DNA of 64,000 nt, taken from Tricharina praecox (lineage: Eukaryota). The position numbers and the translations under genes were made by a program. Under the pieces are notes generated by a model that did no database searches, was not told the origin of the DNA, and saw nothing but the letters and a program-made list of their open reading frames with translations. Each line of letters opens with the position of its first letter. Positions within the stretch are counted from its first letter, which is position 1. Location of the stretch: positions 372,001 through 436,000 of the forward strand of contig NW_026250428.1 of NCBI RefSeq assembly GCF_024521635.1. Direction: 5' to 3'. Shown in pieces: positions 38,197 to 50,375 of this stretch.

Positions 38197-39973
38197 TCAC
38201 CGCCTCCTTCTGAACAACACCTCCTGATCCATATTTGGAACAATGGCTTCTTCAAAGAAGATGTTCTTCGGCCTTTCTGTCTGGCCCTCCGGAAACTCGA
38301 AGTCGTACCGCATCAGCAGATGCGCGAGGGTGATCTTGATCTCCATTGCCGCGATGAATCTATTGACATATCGTTAGCGTAAGGAGCGATGATAAAAGAA
38401 GGGGCCGGGGGTGGGTATGGGTATATACCGTCCAGGGCAGGCGTGTTTCCCGTGACCGAAGCCGAAGAACTTCTCGCTCGTGCTGGCAAATTGGTGGGCG
38501 TGCTGTTGGCCAATCTGCTGTCGCATCTTGTAGAATCGCAGGCCGTCGAAGGTGCCAGGTTCACTGTAGATCCTCGGGTCGCGGAGGACGGAGGTGGAGG
38601 TTTGTATGTACTCGCCGGCGTAGATCTTGAAGCCGTCGGATAACTCGATGTCTTTGGTCGCTTTGCGCTGCATGGTGGCTGCGGAACGGGGTTTTAGCTA
38701 GAGTCGGTGGAATGGTGGGTGCGGAATGGAGATTCTTACCGTTCTGGATTGGATGCAGCCGCTGGCTCTCTTTCAGGACGCTGTCCATCTTCTTCAACTT
38801 CATCACTTGACTCCTGGCGGTGAAGTCGCCGTCGCCGATTACCTCCCGCACCTCTTCTCGCAGCATCTCGATATACTCCGGGTACATGCACAGATCATAT
38901 ATCAGATGGATCAATGCCGAGCTGGTGTTATGAATCGCCACGAAAGCCAAAAACAGCTGAAAATTCGCCAGATTGCAGTCCGGCTCTCCTAGGTCCATCG
39001 CCCACTGCAATGCATCATTCGGTGGAACGTAGGCATCGCCCTGCTCCTTCGCCTGTTGTCGTCGCTCTCTGACGATGTCCGTTATCAGGTTATTGGCATC
39101 GCCGCTTGCTTTCCGGAAAGATGTGTATGAGGATAGCCACCCCTTGACAATCGGTGCGAGAAGATGTCCGAACCTCCGCAACTCCATGCCGGCCGATATC
39201 GCGGCCTTATTGAATATTAGGGTGATGTCGAGCCAGCGCTCGTTGCGGCACAGAGAATCGCCAAGCAGAATACGGTGACTAACGCGCGCAACAACGTCTC
39301 TGATAGCTGGATTCAGCTTGTGCGAGGACCATTCTACATACTGTGAGCTTCGATGGACACATCTCATATATCAAACAAGGAACCACTTACCGTCCGTCAA
39401 GGGAATCTTCTCGTCCAGCGCCAATACCGCTTCATCGGAGATAGCACCAGTGACATGGCCGAGTGACTGTGTAATCCTTCTGACAACCATGAGGAAGTTT
39501 CGTGATGCCACGACCGATCCGAACCCCGTCTGACACCCGAATTTATCCATGACGTACTCCGACAGGCTGAGATCGGGATGGTTTTTGATTTCCGCCAGGT
39601 ACTTCCGCGGCGTAACCATGGTCGGCCCGATCATCGTTGGCACCCAGAAGGCGGTGGATTCTCCGACCTGGTATATGTCAGCATGTATGATACGCGCGTA
39701 ATATGGAGTGACATGGGGGGAGTCGACCTTCCGGAGCCCCTCTTCTATCATTTCTCCGGCATGCCGGGAGTATCGCGCCTGGGCTTTCTTGTAGCCGCCG
39801 CGTCCGGGAGGTACGCTTGGGAACACGTGTTCGCGTCGCTTTTCGCGTCGCTTTTCGTTGGGAACCCGTGTATCAATCCAGTGGAGGACTACAGCGAGGA
39901 TGGAGGCCAGGACAATGATAATGGTTTGGCGATACTGCGTATTCGATGTGACGTTGTCGAGGAGTGAAGTCAT
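38197..39973 (-). CDS. Cytochrome P450 monooxygenase (ent-kaurene-oxidase/CYP503-CYP68-like secondary-metabolism type); exons 39973-39728, 39667-39391, 39333-38740, 38678-38429, 38359-38197
   Basis: N-terminal TM anchor; I-helix LAFVAIHNTS; K-helix DSVLKESQR; FDGLRF; heme motif FGFGHGKHACPGR-FIAAMEIK. Four GT-AG introns give an intact frame. Confidence 0.93.
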
Positions 39974-42059
39974 CTTTGCTGCCGTCTTCAAACCGACTCA
40001 ATACCGGCGGACGGCTGAGAGCACAGGCAATTAATACGCGACACCACCCCTTCCGATCCGCCACCGGAGTTGGAAGAAAATCGTACATAGTTTTTTTATC
40101 AGAAGTTGAGAAGGTGTGGGTTGTTGGCAAAAGGTTGGAAACGCGAAGTCCACTGCTGCGAATACGACTCGTCCTCGCATTCCGTGAGAATCAGGGGAAC
40201 AGCGAATGTAGTGGCGCAGCTTAGTATCGATACGACGATCCTATGCACGGTTGAACGGTGCTAATAGGGGTACACCTCTATCACATGTCATCGTCTCACG
40301 GCTACGCGCCACGCCACGCTGACAGCCCCGAATGTCCTGTCGCACAAGTCGTATTCGTATCGTGCGGGATGGAGACATCCGGTGCAGACAATGAGTTGGT
40401 GTGGTCAGAACTTTGTTGCTTGCTCATCGTGTACGTACAACAAACTCAACGATTGCTGACCATCGCTTTTATTTGCAGCAATATCTGACTCCACCGTCTG
40501 CGAAAATACCTCGATCCCATGGCCACATCTTCGGGTCCCCCGCTCGCCAGCGGCCACCCCGGCTCTGCTGCGATGTTTGGGTGATCGCCAGCATTGCATC
40601 GGTGAAGCACAGGCCTGGGAATAGTCTTTGTCGGGCCCGGAATATCAAGGACTGCAGGGCTCCGGGCAAGCCACAAGAGGATTGGAGCCTCTTTGGGGCC
40701 CGGGAATGGTTGCGCTCAAACTGTGTAACTGAAGACAGTGGCGCAGTGGCGCAGTGGCGCAGCTGGCTGCCGCAGCAACGGCGCTAAGGAGCCCACGCGT
40801 AAGGCAGGAGCACATGACCAAGACTGGACTGAAGGAGAATGTTACACAAGGAGAGCTTTTATTCAGTAGTAGATGATGAGAGAGAAAGAAGAGGACGAAG
40901 CAGACGAGTAAGGAACAATTTTCACTTCTGTTGTTTGGGCTGTGCGGAAGTTTGGATCGTAGGGGCAGAGGATGCGGTAGATTCTAGAAAGAGAGATGCA
41001 GAATAAGAGACTGTATTGACTGTCTTACTTGATAGAGATATGAACGAGCGGGCAACATGGGCGGTTTATATAGAAGAAAACAGGAGATACAGTGCCATAC
41101 AGTGCCATACAGTTCCCGACATCTGTCTTTCATCCTCCAGCTAGGCATGTCGTTTTGTTTTTGTTTAATCATCATAGCATTCGACCTAAGCAGATCATGG
41201 CTGTACACGCATCCAGTTCCGCCCCACTGTCTCCGACCGCCGGCCGCGAGCTCGATGTGGGTTCCCTATTGCTCTCCGCCCGGCCCATTCGCGCATAAAA
41301 AGGAAAGACAGAAAGAAAGAAGAACAATGAGATGACAAAATGGAACGGAAAAGAAAAGCGTCAGTCTTTCTCAAAACCCCCACATCAAAGCTCCCTTCCC
41401 CCAGCCAACTCCTCCAGCAAGTTTATGCATGTTGCTGATGCGAATGTGAATAGATTGATACTATGGAAAGGACAGTGTTATATAGACAGTGAAAACTTAG
41501 ATACCGACTAAACTAGGATCTTGATGCCGAGTTCGCATTTAGGTTCTGCTATCCGCCGCCGCTCCCGGCGCTCCACCGCCGACCACTCGGCCTCTTACGG
41601 AGTCGCCAGAACCCACCTCAATAATACCTTGTCTCATATTACGCGTCATGCCTCTTGGGTTCGCCGGACTGTGGTAACGCATATATCTCCAACTTCCACT
41701 TCCATGAACGACCTCCGCATGGGACCACGACTCCAGACACTCCACTGCCTGGATGATATCATCGCCTAGCGACGCTCGCCGAGCACTGATAGTGTAACGA
41801 CCTCTGTGCAGATATCAGTTTCACGGGAGCCTTTGCATCAGGGGAAACATGCTTACCCACTGAAGATGCGTTCAGCTTCGTTTGAGGCCAGGTGGCCTTT
41901 CGACCGGGGAAAAAAGGGAAATAGAAGGCAGTGAATAGTAGACGTTTGTAGTAGTTCAACTTAGTACGAAAGGAACCGTTGTGAAATTGCTGGAATAGAA
42001 GAGATCGACAGGTTATGGCAATCGAATTCTGTTGCATGGCAGTGTACGGAGCGTTTTAC

Positions 42060-42830
42060 CATGTTCTCCATACATCATGACGTCACGTGCGAGACCGCAG
42101 CCTCGCGCGGGTAACGGTTTCCGTATCCAATCCTGGTATTCTTCTCTTCTGTTCTGTGAACGTTGACTGCATAGCCGTTGGTATTAGTAACGTGTCCTCG
42201 ATGCGCCTTTGTTCAAAACTTACTTTACTGTTGTCGTGCGCCTTCCATCTTTCAGCAGCTCATTCTGCAGGTGTTCGTCAAGTAGAGATATGTGCAGAGT
42301 ACCGAAGGTGTCGATCCTGGACGGCCCGACATAGGTTTGATCGGAAGTAAACCTTACCCTCCGGGCCGCGCTATTAAGCCTCCGTATGGTGAAAGCATCG
42401 CTCCTCTGGTAGTATTCGATCATCTGTTTGTAGATGTTGCCAGAGCGATACGATTCGACTTGTAGTACGGATCCTTCAGCCGTGTACGGTGGGAGATTTC
42501 ACCGGCCTCGGTAGACCATTGCTTGAGGGTTCTATATCGGCGTATCTGCTCCCCGAAACGGAGCAGCTGGTGGATCTTCGGAAAGTAGAAATCACTTCCC
42601 TCCTCGTGATATTCAACCATCTCGGTGTCGATCAGGGTCTGCCACTCCTTATGCAATATCTGCCGCTTGGCGCCCGTCGTACCTTACATTCTGCCGTTCT
42701 CGTGGGATTCGTACTGAGCATAGAAATAGAACTCCATGAGAGCCCAGCAGCACTCGATAATACGTGACGCTGAAGAGGGGAGGGAATTAGCAGGGCGCAA
42801 CGTAGGACCGCGACAACGAACATACCGGCG
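42060..42830 (-). mobile_element. Decayed Plavaka-type transposase C-terminal remnant
   Basis: FYFPKIHQLLRFGEQIRRYRTLKQWSTEAGEISHRTRLKDPYYKSNR followed by QMIEYYQRSDAF matches the F.FPK.H...H....I...G.......TE..E..H....K..Y..SN motif. The sequence is frameshifted. Confidence 0.7.
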
Positions 42831-42849
42831 ACGACTCTGCTAATAATCT

Positions 42850-43750
42850 CCTCAGAAAGGCCTTTGGATGTATACCAAGTGAAAGGACGATCTCATACAG
42901 GTGACAACTCTGCAAATCATGTCCGCAGTGATCGAAGAATGTATCTCAGTCTTTAAGGCGATGCGTATCGACCTGACAGTCTTGTCCTGCAACCGAGAGT
43001 CAAGACCCTCCCACAACGACAAGAACTTGCTATATACCGCTGGAGGAACCGTTAGCAATACTCTTAGAAATATCAAAGCCTACCTACGGCCATCGTGCTC
43101 CATATTGAAGTAATAGCCCCACCCTGCTGAGCGACTTTCGGTACCCTTGCCGGCCCTCTTCAATGACCTCGATGGAGGCTCTCCCCCACTCGTCCGCCAC
43201 TCCTGCAATGCGTGATGCAGGACTGTCACCACGTATACGATCAGCGAGGGAGGTTGCTCGTCGATCAACCAGTCGTGAAGTCCGGGATTATGAATACGGG
43301 ACTTATTGAAGAAGTGGAGGTGCAGGAACCGTGGGATTTGATGCGGTTAGCACAACAGGTTTATTTGCAATGGTTCAGACATGCACAATTGCAGTCGGCT
43401 GCCATCCATCTTGAAACACTTTTGCAGCTGATAATCTTCCGCGGTAAAGGAGGTGACACGCCGCTATAAATGCGTTAGACGATCTGAGGGATATCGAAGA
43501 AACACCGGTAATGGTGTGGAGCACTTACCGCAAATGGCAACCCGCGGTCACTATCCCGGTATATGAATGCATCGTCACGATGCAATTCATTGACCGCCGT
43601 CAGACGGTCGGCAGAGCTTGTATGCTCGTTCAGACCATACAAGTCGGCGATGTTGTTCTGTGCAGTCGAAATCCAGCTCGACTGCATGCTGTAGTAGCCA
43701 CTCTTGATCTGTACCGCCGCGTACGACCTAGTCTTAGCAACTAACACAAG
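42850..43750 (-). pseudogene. Decayed DUF6532-like gene (transposon-associated fungal family)
   Basis: Fragments LYGL...DRLTAVNELHRDDAFIY...LPF and PPSLIVYVVTVLHHALQEWRTSG, broken by stops. Confidence 0.5.
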
Positions 43751-45994
43751 TCCCTCAACCCATCCCAGAACAGGGGATCACTATAAATATTTCAGATTGG
43801 CTACTTTGTCGAAGTCGAAGTCGACGTTCAAGCATGTCTGCCGGTTGGCCTCCGGCCACAGCCGATTGATGGTCTACACGACGGTGGGGTCAGCGAGAGA
43901 AATCCGCATTACGCCTGCAAACGTATCCACTACTCACTGTAAAGGTATTTGTATAGAAGGACAGAGATAATCAATTCGATGCAGCAGCAATATCATCGGC
44001 GGCGAGGTCTCTCTTTATATACCGACTTCAGGCTTCTTAGTCCAAAGGTTCCTCGACCCAGGTGGCGCCGAAGGTTACTCAACCCAGGCGGCACTTAGTC
44101 GACCGTCCGTCGCAGATCTTTATTCGTGCCAACGTCTCCGGGCGTCCAAAGTTTGACGTTGCTCTTGGCCTGACGAGTCCAGCAACTGGCACCAACACGG
44201 CCAACGCTCGGCCCATGCGGAGGGCTAGACGGTAATGCCAGAAGAGCCATTGCCGTCGGGTGCCATGATCATGACCGATGGGGTAGCAACTGGTGCCTCG
44301 AGAATGATTGAGAGTCGAGACGTCGAGTGTCAAAGTTGACGTCGATATTTTTTGGAAACTGGAGACCACGATGTCTGTATGGAGGTCAGAGCGTCCATGT
44401 GGTGATGGCCCCTTCGACCGGAGGCGGGGGGTGTAAAACAAACCTACCTCTCGACCCGTGAAGCTGCAGCCGTAGAGACACAAAAAAGGGTGTACTCGGT
44501 GGAAGAAAGAGACAGGGCCAGGTTCCTAAGAAGACCCGGCCCCAGCTATCGAGGCACAGCGATGGGGAGATGTTGGTGTACGCGACGTCTATTTATGAAG
44601 GACGAGGAGTGAAGGGACAGAAGAGCGGAGGGGTTGTTGCTACGACGGTCCCTCAACCCCAAAGGGATACGTGGGCGAACCGGTTCTAGGTTTCCCGGCA
44701 TGGGATGGTAAACGTCACCGGAGCAACGTATACAACGGCGAGCCAATTCGAAATGGCCCAACGCGCGTTGTGCGAGTCTACCGAAGGCCTCATGTCAACC
44801 TATATCTAGACTAGTACATTACGCCATCCAGAGTAAATACCACCATGCGGTGTCAATCAACCGAGAGGTTCGTCCCGCGGTCGTCGTGTCAGGGCCCTGC
44901 GCTAGGTATATTTAGAACATCGCCGTGTCTGCAGTTTCTTCCCCCTCCCTTCTGGAAGAACATAAACCTTCTTCAAGCCCTACCAGCCAATAAGTGCATC
45001 TAGCCGCCCGAACCCTGAGCGTATTAGCATCTGGGTGCTTCGAGCACACCCACTATCTCGCAACAAGGTTCTTCACCGTCAAGCCAGTTGCCCAGAAGGG
45101 TCAACTCGAGAAGTCAAGGAGCTCTTCCTAGCTTCCCCTCAGCGGGACAAGTGACGACGTTGACATCTGCGTCCGTCGAACCGTGCTCAGTGCTCACAGG
45201 TGTCGCGATGAAGAAGTGACCTCTCTCCCGCGACAGTTGCGTACTTTGAAGTTTGAACTCGTAAGAGGTGAGTTCTCCAGGCTGACGACAAGTATCGCAC
45301 TACTCGTCAAGACCTAATATTGTTTCTGACAAGTCCTGTCATTGCCTTCCAAAGATGCTCTGTTGACAGGAAAGGAACGCGTTTAGTCGGCACCATCGTC
45401 TTCAAACCGTTTCTACCACATTCCACCAAGGGCTGTATTTGCGTTGAGAAGCTACGCTACCAACCTCAGGTCATCGCCGCGTCACGCGCTCTCACTGTTA
45501 AGCTCACCTCGCAAGTGCCCAACAAACCTCATGATCTAGTCGAAAATACGATTGCACTAGCATCATCGACGACTTCACTCACTACACAGAGGTTGGGAAA
45601 TGAAAGGGATTGTCGTTGAACTTTTGGGCTTGAAGAAAAAACGGCCGAGGCCGATGTTTTACTTCGATGGAGGATGAGCTTACGTACCCTACCCGCGGTG
45701 AATCATGCAGCCTTTCGCTGATACGATTTGCATCAGTACGCAAAGAACATACTCAAGTAGATACGGAAAGGAAGAACAGCACGCAATTTCAACCTACATA
45801 TCGTCTCCTTTAGCCACCACATCCTCCATATATAGGATTATATCCCTCCACAACCGCACGAACGAACGAGCTTTCCAGATCAAAGTAAGTACAGCCGGCA
45901 GTTCCTACCACTCGTTGCCTCTAACCCGATCGTAGCACCGTAGCAATGTCGAACGGGTCCGTGTACGGCTCCACGAGCCAGAGCCAGTCTCCGC

Positions 45995-46561
45995 ATGCCT
46001 CCTCCTCCAAAAACAACAAGTCCGCCTCCACCAAGGGCACGCAGGTATCCCCGAAGGAAGACTCCGGCGAGGCAAGCTCCCCTTTCCCCCTGCCAATCAA
46101 TACGTTGCCTCCTAACACATATCCAGTCCCGCACCTGTGTGTACCAACTAGACCCGACCACTGTGCTTTCCTCGCAGGGTGCCCGCTTCCGCCGTCTCAG
46201 CTGGCAGAACCGGACCGCAGACCGGGCGGTTGTGATGACGATCACGTTCCCGGCCGACGTGCACTTCCTGGATTTTCCCAAGGTCGTCCGGCTGAAGGGG
46301 TCGAAGGGAGAGCAGTGGCAGGAGTGGGATTGGGATGATGAGGAGGAGGACGACATGGAGGCGAAGGAGGAGGAGGAGTACTGGGGGCGGGAGTACTACC
46401 AGAGGCAACACTTCTGGGGCGGGGAACAGGGGTACTGGGCTGAGGACGAGGCTGAGATGAGGAAGGGGGATTGGAAGGACGTGGACAGCAAGCGGAAGGG
46501 GAAGGGGAAGGGGAAGGAGAGAGAGGGGTCGGTGGCTCATCCTGAGGATCAGGGATGGTAA
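45995..46561 (+). CDS. Hypothetical protein (188 aa, acidic/aromatic C-terminus)
   Basis: ATG-initiated GC-rich ORF with coding-like codon usage, convergent with the RNase H-like gene; AATAAA at ~46668. Confidence 0.45.
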   Translation: MPPPPKTTSPPPPRARRYPRRKTPARQAPLSPCQSIRCLLTHIQSRTCVYQLDPTTVLSSQGARFRRLSWQNRTADRAVVMTITFPADVHFLDFPKVVRLKGSKGEQWQEWDWDDEEEDDMEAKEEEEYWGREYYQRQHFWGGEQGYWAEDEAEMRKGDWKDVDSKRKGKGKGKEREGSVAHPEDQGW

Positions 46562-47319
46562 TGGGGTGCCCGGGCAGGGTTGCGTCGTAGATACAGCGGT
46601 ACATAATACTTAATTAATCACTCTTACCTCAAGATACTCTTCGCCTACCAGAAACAACTGCATTCCCAATAAAACAGGAAGATCTCTCTCTCTCTCACCT
46701 GCAATCCCTCAAACTCCAAAGGACATTTGTCCGACACCTCCGGGATGATAGAAAGTTGAAGATTACACATATTTCATGATCCAACGCACAGTGCTCTTCG
46801 TGTGGGTTGCCCGCGTCGAAGTGCTGTGCTTGATGTACCAAGTCCAACAGTGATATATCTACTACAGTATCATAAGATCTTTACTTCTGTGGTCCCGCAG
46901 TGGGGCAACTATCTCCGGCTATGGCGCCTGGGAACCGCCGTACTCCTACCTTAAGCTGTGACAGCCCTACTACACTCGTCCATGAAGGAGAGCTTGCGAA
47001 ACAGCCGCAAATTTTGATAGCGAGGACTCGTATTGGTTTTCAGAGGATGCTGGAGAGGGGCATGGGGAGGTGTGAACCACTTGTAACTGTGTGTGGTTGT
47101 TTCTGCTTCTTCATTTCAACGTGATGTCTCCTTCCAGTGAGCTTCGGGATTTTCTTTCTCCACATGTGACCGGACCCATCGCTTTCCCGGTCGACTAATG
47201 TTCATACCTTTTGCTGTTTCGTGTATTCTTCATGATGTGGATATCCATCAGCTCACTGTACATGCGCGTATTTTCTCACGAACGATGATTTGCCCGTAGG
47301 CTTCTATACCATTCTCATT

Positions 47320-48192
47320 CTATGATCCCGTTTTACCGCCATTCCAATCCACCTTCTCCACAGCCTTCATCCTCATAACTTCATTCTGTTTCGCCGACAA
47401 CAACCAAAACCTCACCGTCTTGCCCCCCGCCTCCACCTCCTCAACCAACCGCTCCGCCTCCTCCCACAGACTTCTGTGTGGTATCTCCTGCCGATTATCC
47501 CCCCTCCACGCCTTCTTCTTCCACTTCGAAACCTGAATCGTCATGCCCTTGACAACCCCAGCGCTATCCGTAGCCAACACCAGATTTGTGTTCCTGGTCT
47601 CCTCGTTCTCTCGGCAAATCTGCAGCGCCTTGACTAGCGCTTCAAGGTACCACTTGACCTCTCCCAGCGCGCCCGTCTTAAAAAGGAGGTTCCACCTTGA
47701 ACACCTCGTGAACCACACGCCGCGTGCGCCAAAGAACACAATGACGGTGGACTCATCGACAGCGCGAGCGACACTCTTGCTGGCATCGGTAACCCTGCCA
47801 ACGCGATAGAGATGGTTGTACTGCGGCGTGGGGCCGGCGATGGGCGCGAGCATGCTTGCCGGGGACCGGTCGATCGCGTGCGAGCTCGTGGCGAGCGTGA
47901 ACACCCGGTTCTGTGGGCGCAGCGTGCGGAAGATACTGAGGGTCTCGGGGTGGACGGACGGACGCTCTGGTGGAGAGGAGACTGGTGGAGAGGAGATATC
48001 GACTTTAGGAGGCGGCGGCGGCGGCGGGGCGGCCTTACGCTTGTGCTGCTTCGGTCTGGGCGTTTTGGGGTTCTCGCGGTAGTGATTCACCCGTAGCTCG
48101 GCCTTGGAGATTGAGCGCGTGGAGTTGGCAGAACATCGTCGGCAAAAGAAGGTGACCGCGGTGAAGATGGGAGAAGGTATTCGTGGTGGCAT
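47320..48192 (-). CDS. RNase H1-like fold protein with degenerate catalytic residues and a basic, possibly mitochondrial-targeting N-terminus
   Basis: GVWF...S.WN, LEALVKAL, LVLATDSAGVVKGMT..V.KW....W, HRSLWEE and VRFWLL...QN follow the order seen in fungal RNase H. The first in-frame ATG is at 48192. Confidence 0.7.
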   Translation of the reverse strand: MPPRIPSPIFTAVTFFCRRCSANSTRSISKAELRVNHYRENPKTPRPKQHKRKAAPPPPPPPKVDISSPPVSSPPERPSVHPETLSIFRTLRPQNRVFTLATSSHAIDRSPASMLAPIAGPTPQYNHLYRVGRVTDASKSVARAVDESTVIVFFGARGVWFTRCSRWNLLFKTGALGEVKWYLEALVKALQICRENEETRNTNLVLATDSAGVVKGMTIQVSKWKKKAWRGDNRQEIPHRSLWEEAERLVEEVEAGGKTVRFWLLSAKQNEVMRMKAVEKVDWNGGKTGS

Positions 48193-49914
48193 CGTGGGTG
48201 TGGTATGGTTCCGCAGCGGAGAAAAAATGTCGTTGGTATGTGACGATCCTTGCAACGCTAGGCATGTAACTGCGCGTTGACGCGAATAGGTCACGTGCTC
48301 GAGCGCCACCACAGCCATGGTTACGGATCAACTTGGAGTTATCAGCGAACTCCATTCTCTAGGCTCCGTCGGAAAGCCAAGGAGCAAAGCTACGGGGTTT
48401 GAATGAGGCAAGACGCGATGTGTCGTTCTTTTGTAGCTCGTTGTTGAAGCGCAGGTCGTATCACGTAGACGGTGACACAGAAAATGAGGAGGATGATAGT
48501 GGGTAGCACTTTCCCCCAAGCATTATCTAATCTGCAATCTGATCTCCCCATATCTTATCCATCTTATTGCATCTCACCGCATGGCAGACAAGAGGTGTAG
48601 ACACTGTATGCCTCACCCGCGTCCACCGTCGCCGTCTACGCATTAATTAATAAACATCATTTGAGCAGAAGGCAGAGGTCTAAGGCAATCACTCACCCAC
48701 GGAGTTGACCGTGCGCTCATCTTGGACAGAAACCATTCTGTTGCTCAGCTTGCTCACGATGAACGTCCACTTTGCGGTTACCGATCGCAATAGCGATCGC
48801 GTCGGGCCTGCGAGAGGCGAAGGTTTCAGGGATAGATGTTCTATTATTTTCATCAGCAACCATAAACTGTCCCAGGACTCATACTACCTACTCACCAGAG
48901 TCGTAGCCGTTTCCCTGGGTTGCCATGTTTGACATGGCATCGTCTCAAGCATCGTTATGCACATAGGTGCATCTTTGTAGAACATCAACCCGACTCATCT
49001 GGATCGATGAATATATTCAAAAAACATACCTTGAGGGATACCGTGTGGGGAGTCTGAGGCTCCCGTGGGGCACGAGCCCAGGCTTGAGGGCACGTGGAGT
49101 TGCCGAGTGAGACAGATGATGATGACGAACCGTCGGGATAATGAGAAGGGAACGGGCGAGATAGAGAAGCACGTGGAGAAGGCTTAAAGAAAGGAAAACG
49201 TGAGGGGAAAGGTTGTATGCAACCTAGTTCTCCGACAAACAAGAAGAGAAGAAGATGGTGATGATAGTAGTGAACAAGAGAAGAAAGGAAGAGCTCTCCT
49301 CCGAGCTCGAGGTTTGGACGGTTGCCAAGACGCCAAGCCGTCCAGCCTTCTAACCGAGGCTGTACCCTTGCCTTACACGAGGCTCCGTACCTCTTGCTGA
49401 CAGCCTGACAGAGGGGGGTCACGTGCCGTCTCCCGTCACAGGTTCCCCCGGTCTTCGAGCTAAGCCCCTGCTAGCAGACAGCGGTCGAAATAAAGTCTGC
49501 ACCCCCGGAACCTGGTAATATCTCACGATGGCGCCCAGGTCCTTCATAATCGCCGTAGGGATGGGGTGATCGATTGGCCTGGTTCCCACGATTGTACGAA
49601 ACATGGGGATATCAGATGCAGATCCGATCGAAAAGGGTTCGTCTGGACGAGCCACTTCCATGTCCATCATCTCGTCGTCCTCGAGTATAGGGATGAGATC
49701 TGCAGCGGTTCCGCTTGGCTCTCCGCCGACGGACTCAATTGGTCTCTTTCAGAGGGTTTGGTGGAAGAAGCTCGACCGATGGTAGGGCTGAGCCCGCTGG
49801 TTGTTGCTACCAATTGTCACAGTGAAAGCTGTGGCCGGAAAACGGAAAGAAGTTAGAGAGTATGATGATTAGGGGGTGGACAACGCCGATCATGGGCCAC
49901 CAGAAAAGAGATCA

Positions 49915-50375
49915 ATTGAGAAAGTAAGAGGCGAGTCGTGAGACCCAGTACTAAAAGAAGCACACACTTGGAGAGAGTAAAGAGGAACTAGGTTCAAGAA
50001 AGTGACAAGCAGGAAAGCACACGAACGAACAGCAGATTCCTTAAGAAAAGTGATGATGGATGATCAGCGACACACGGTGATGAAGGATGATGAACGACAC
50101 TGGCGGTGAGAGAGAGACAGACAGACCCGCCGGTATAAATATAACAGATCGGCAAACTTTGGCCGACGCCGCATCGTCGCACAACCGTCAAGAAGAACAA
50201 AAGCAACCAAAACAAACCAGAATCGACGAGTAAAACAGAAACAGGTCCCCCCGGCAGCCCCAGGTACGACAGCCGGTCCCAACGTCTTGGCACTAAATCC
50301 TCCCAATGTCCGCAGCCAAGGGTCGAAAAGTGGTGCCAAGACGTTGGGACCGGCTGCCTCCCACAATACCCTACC
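49915..50375 (-). repeat. Left arm of a diverged ~460-bp inverted repeat pair (partner 53288-53712)
   Basis: The reverse complement aligns over long stretches (e.g. gatgaaggatgatgaacgacactggcggtgagagagag; cagatcggcaaactttggccg). Confidence 0.85.
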
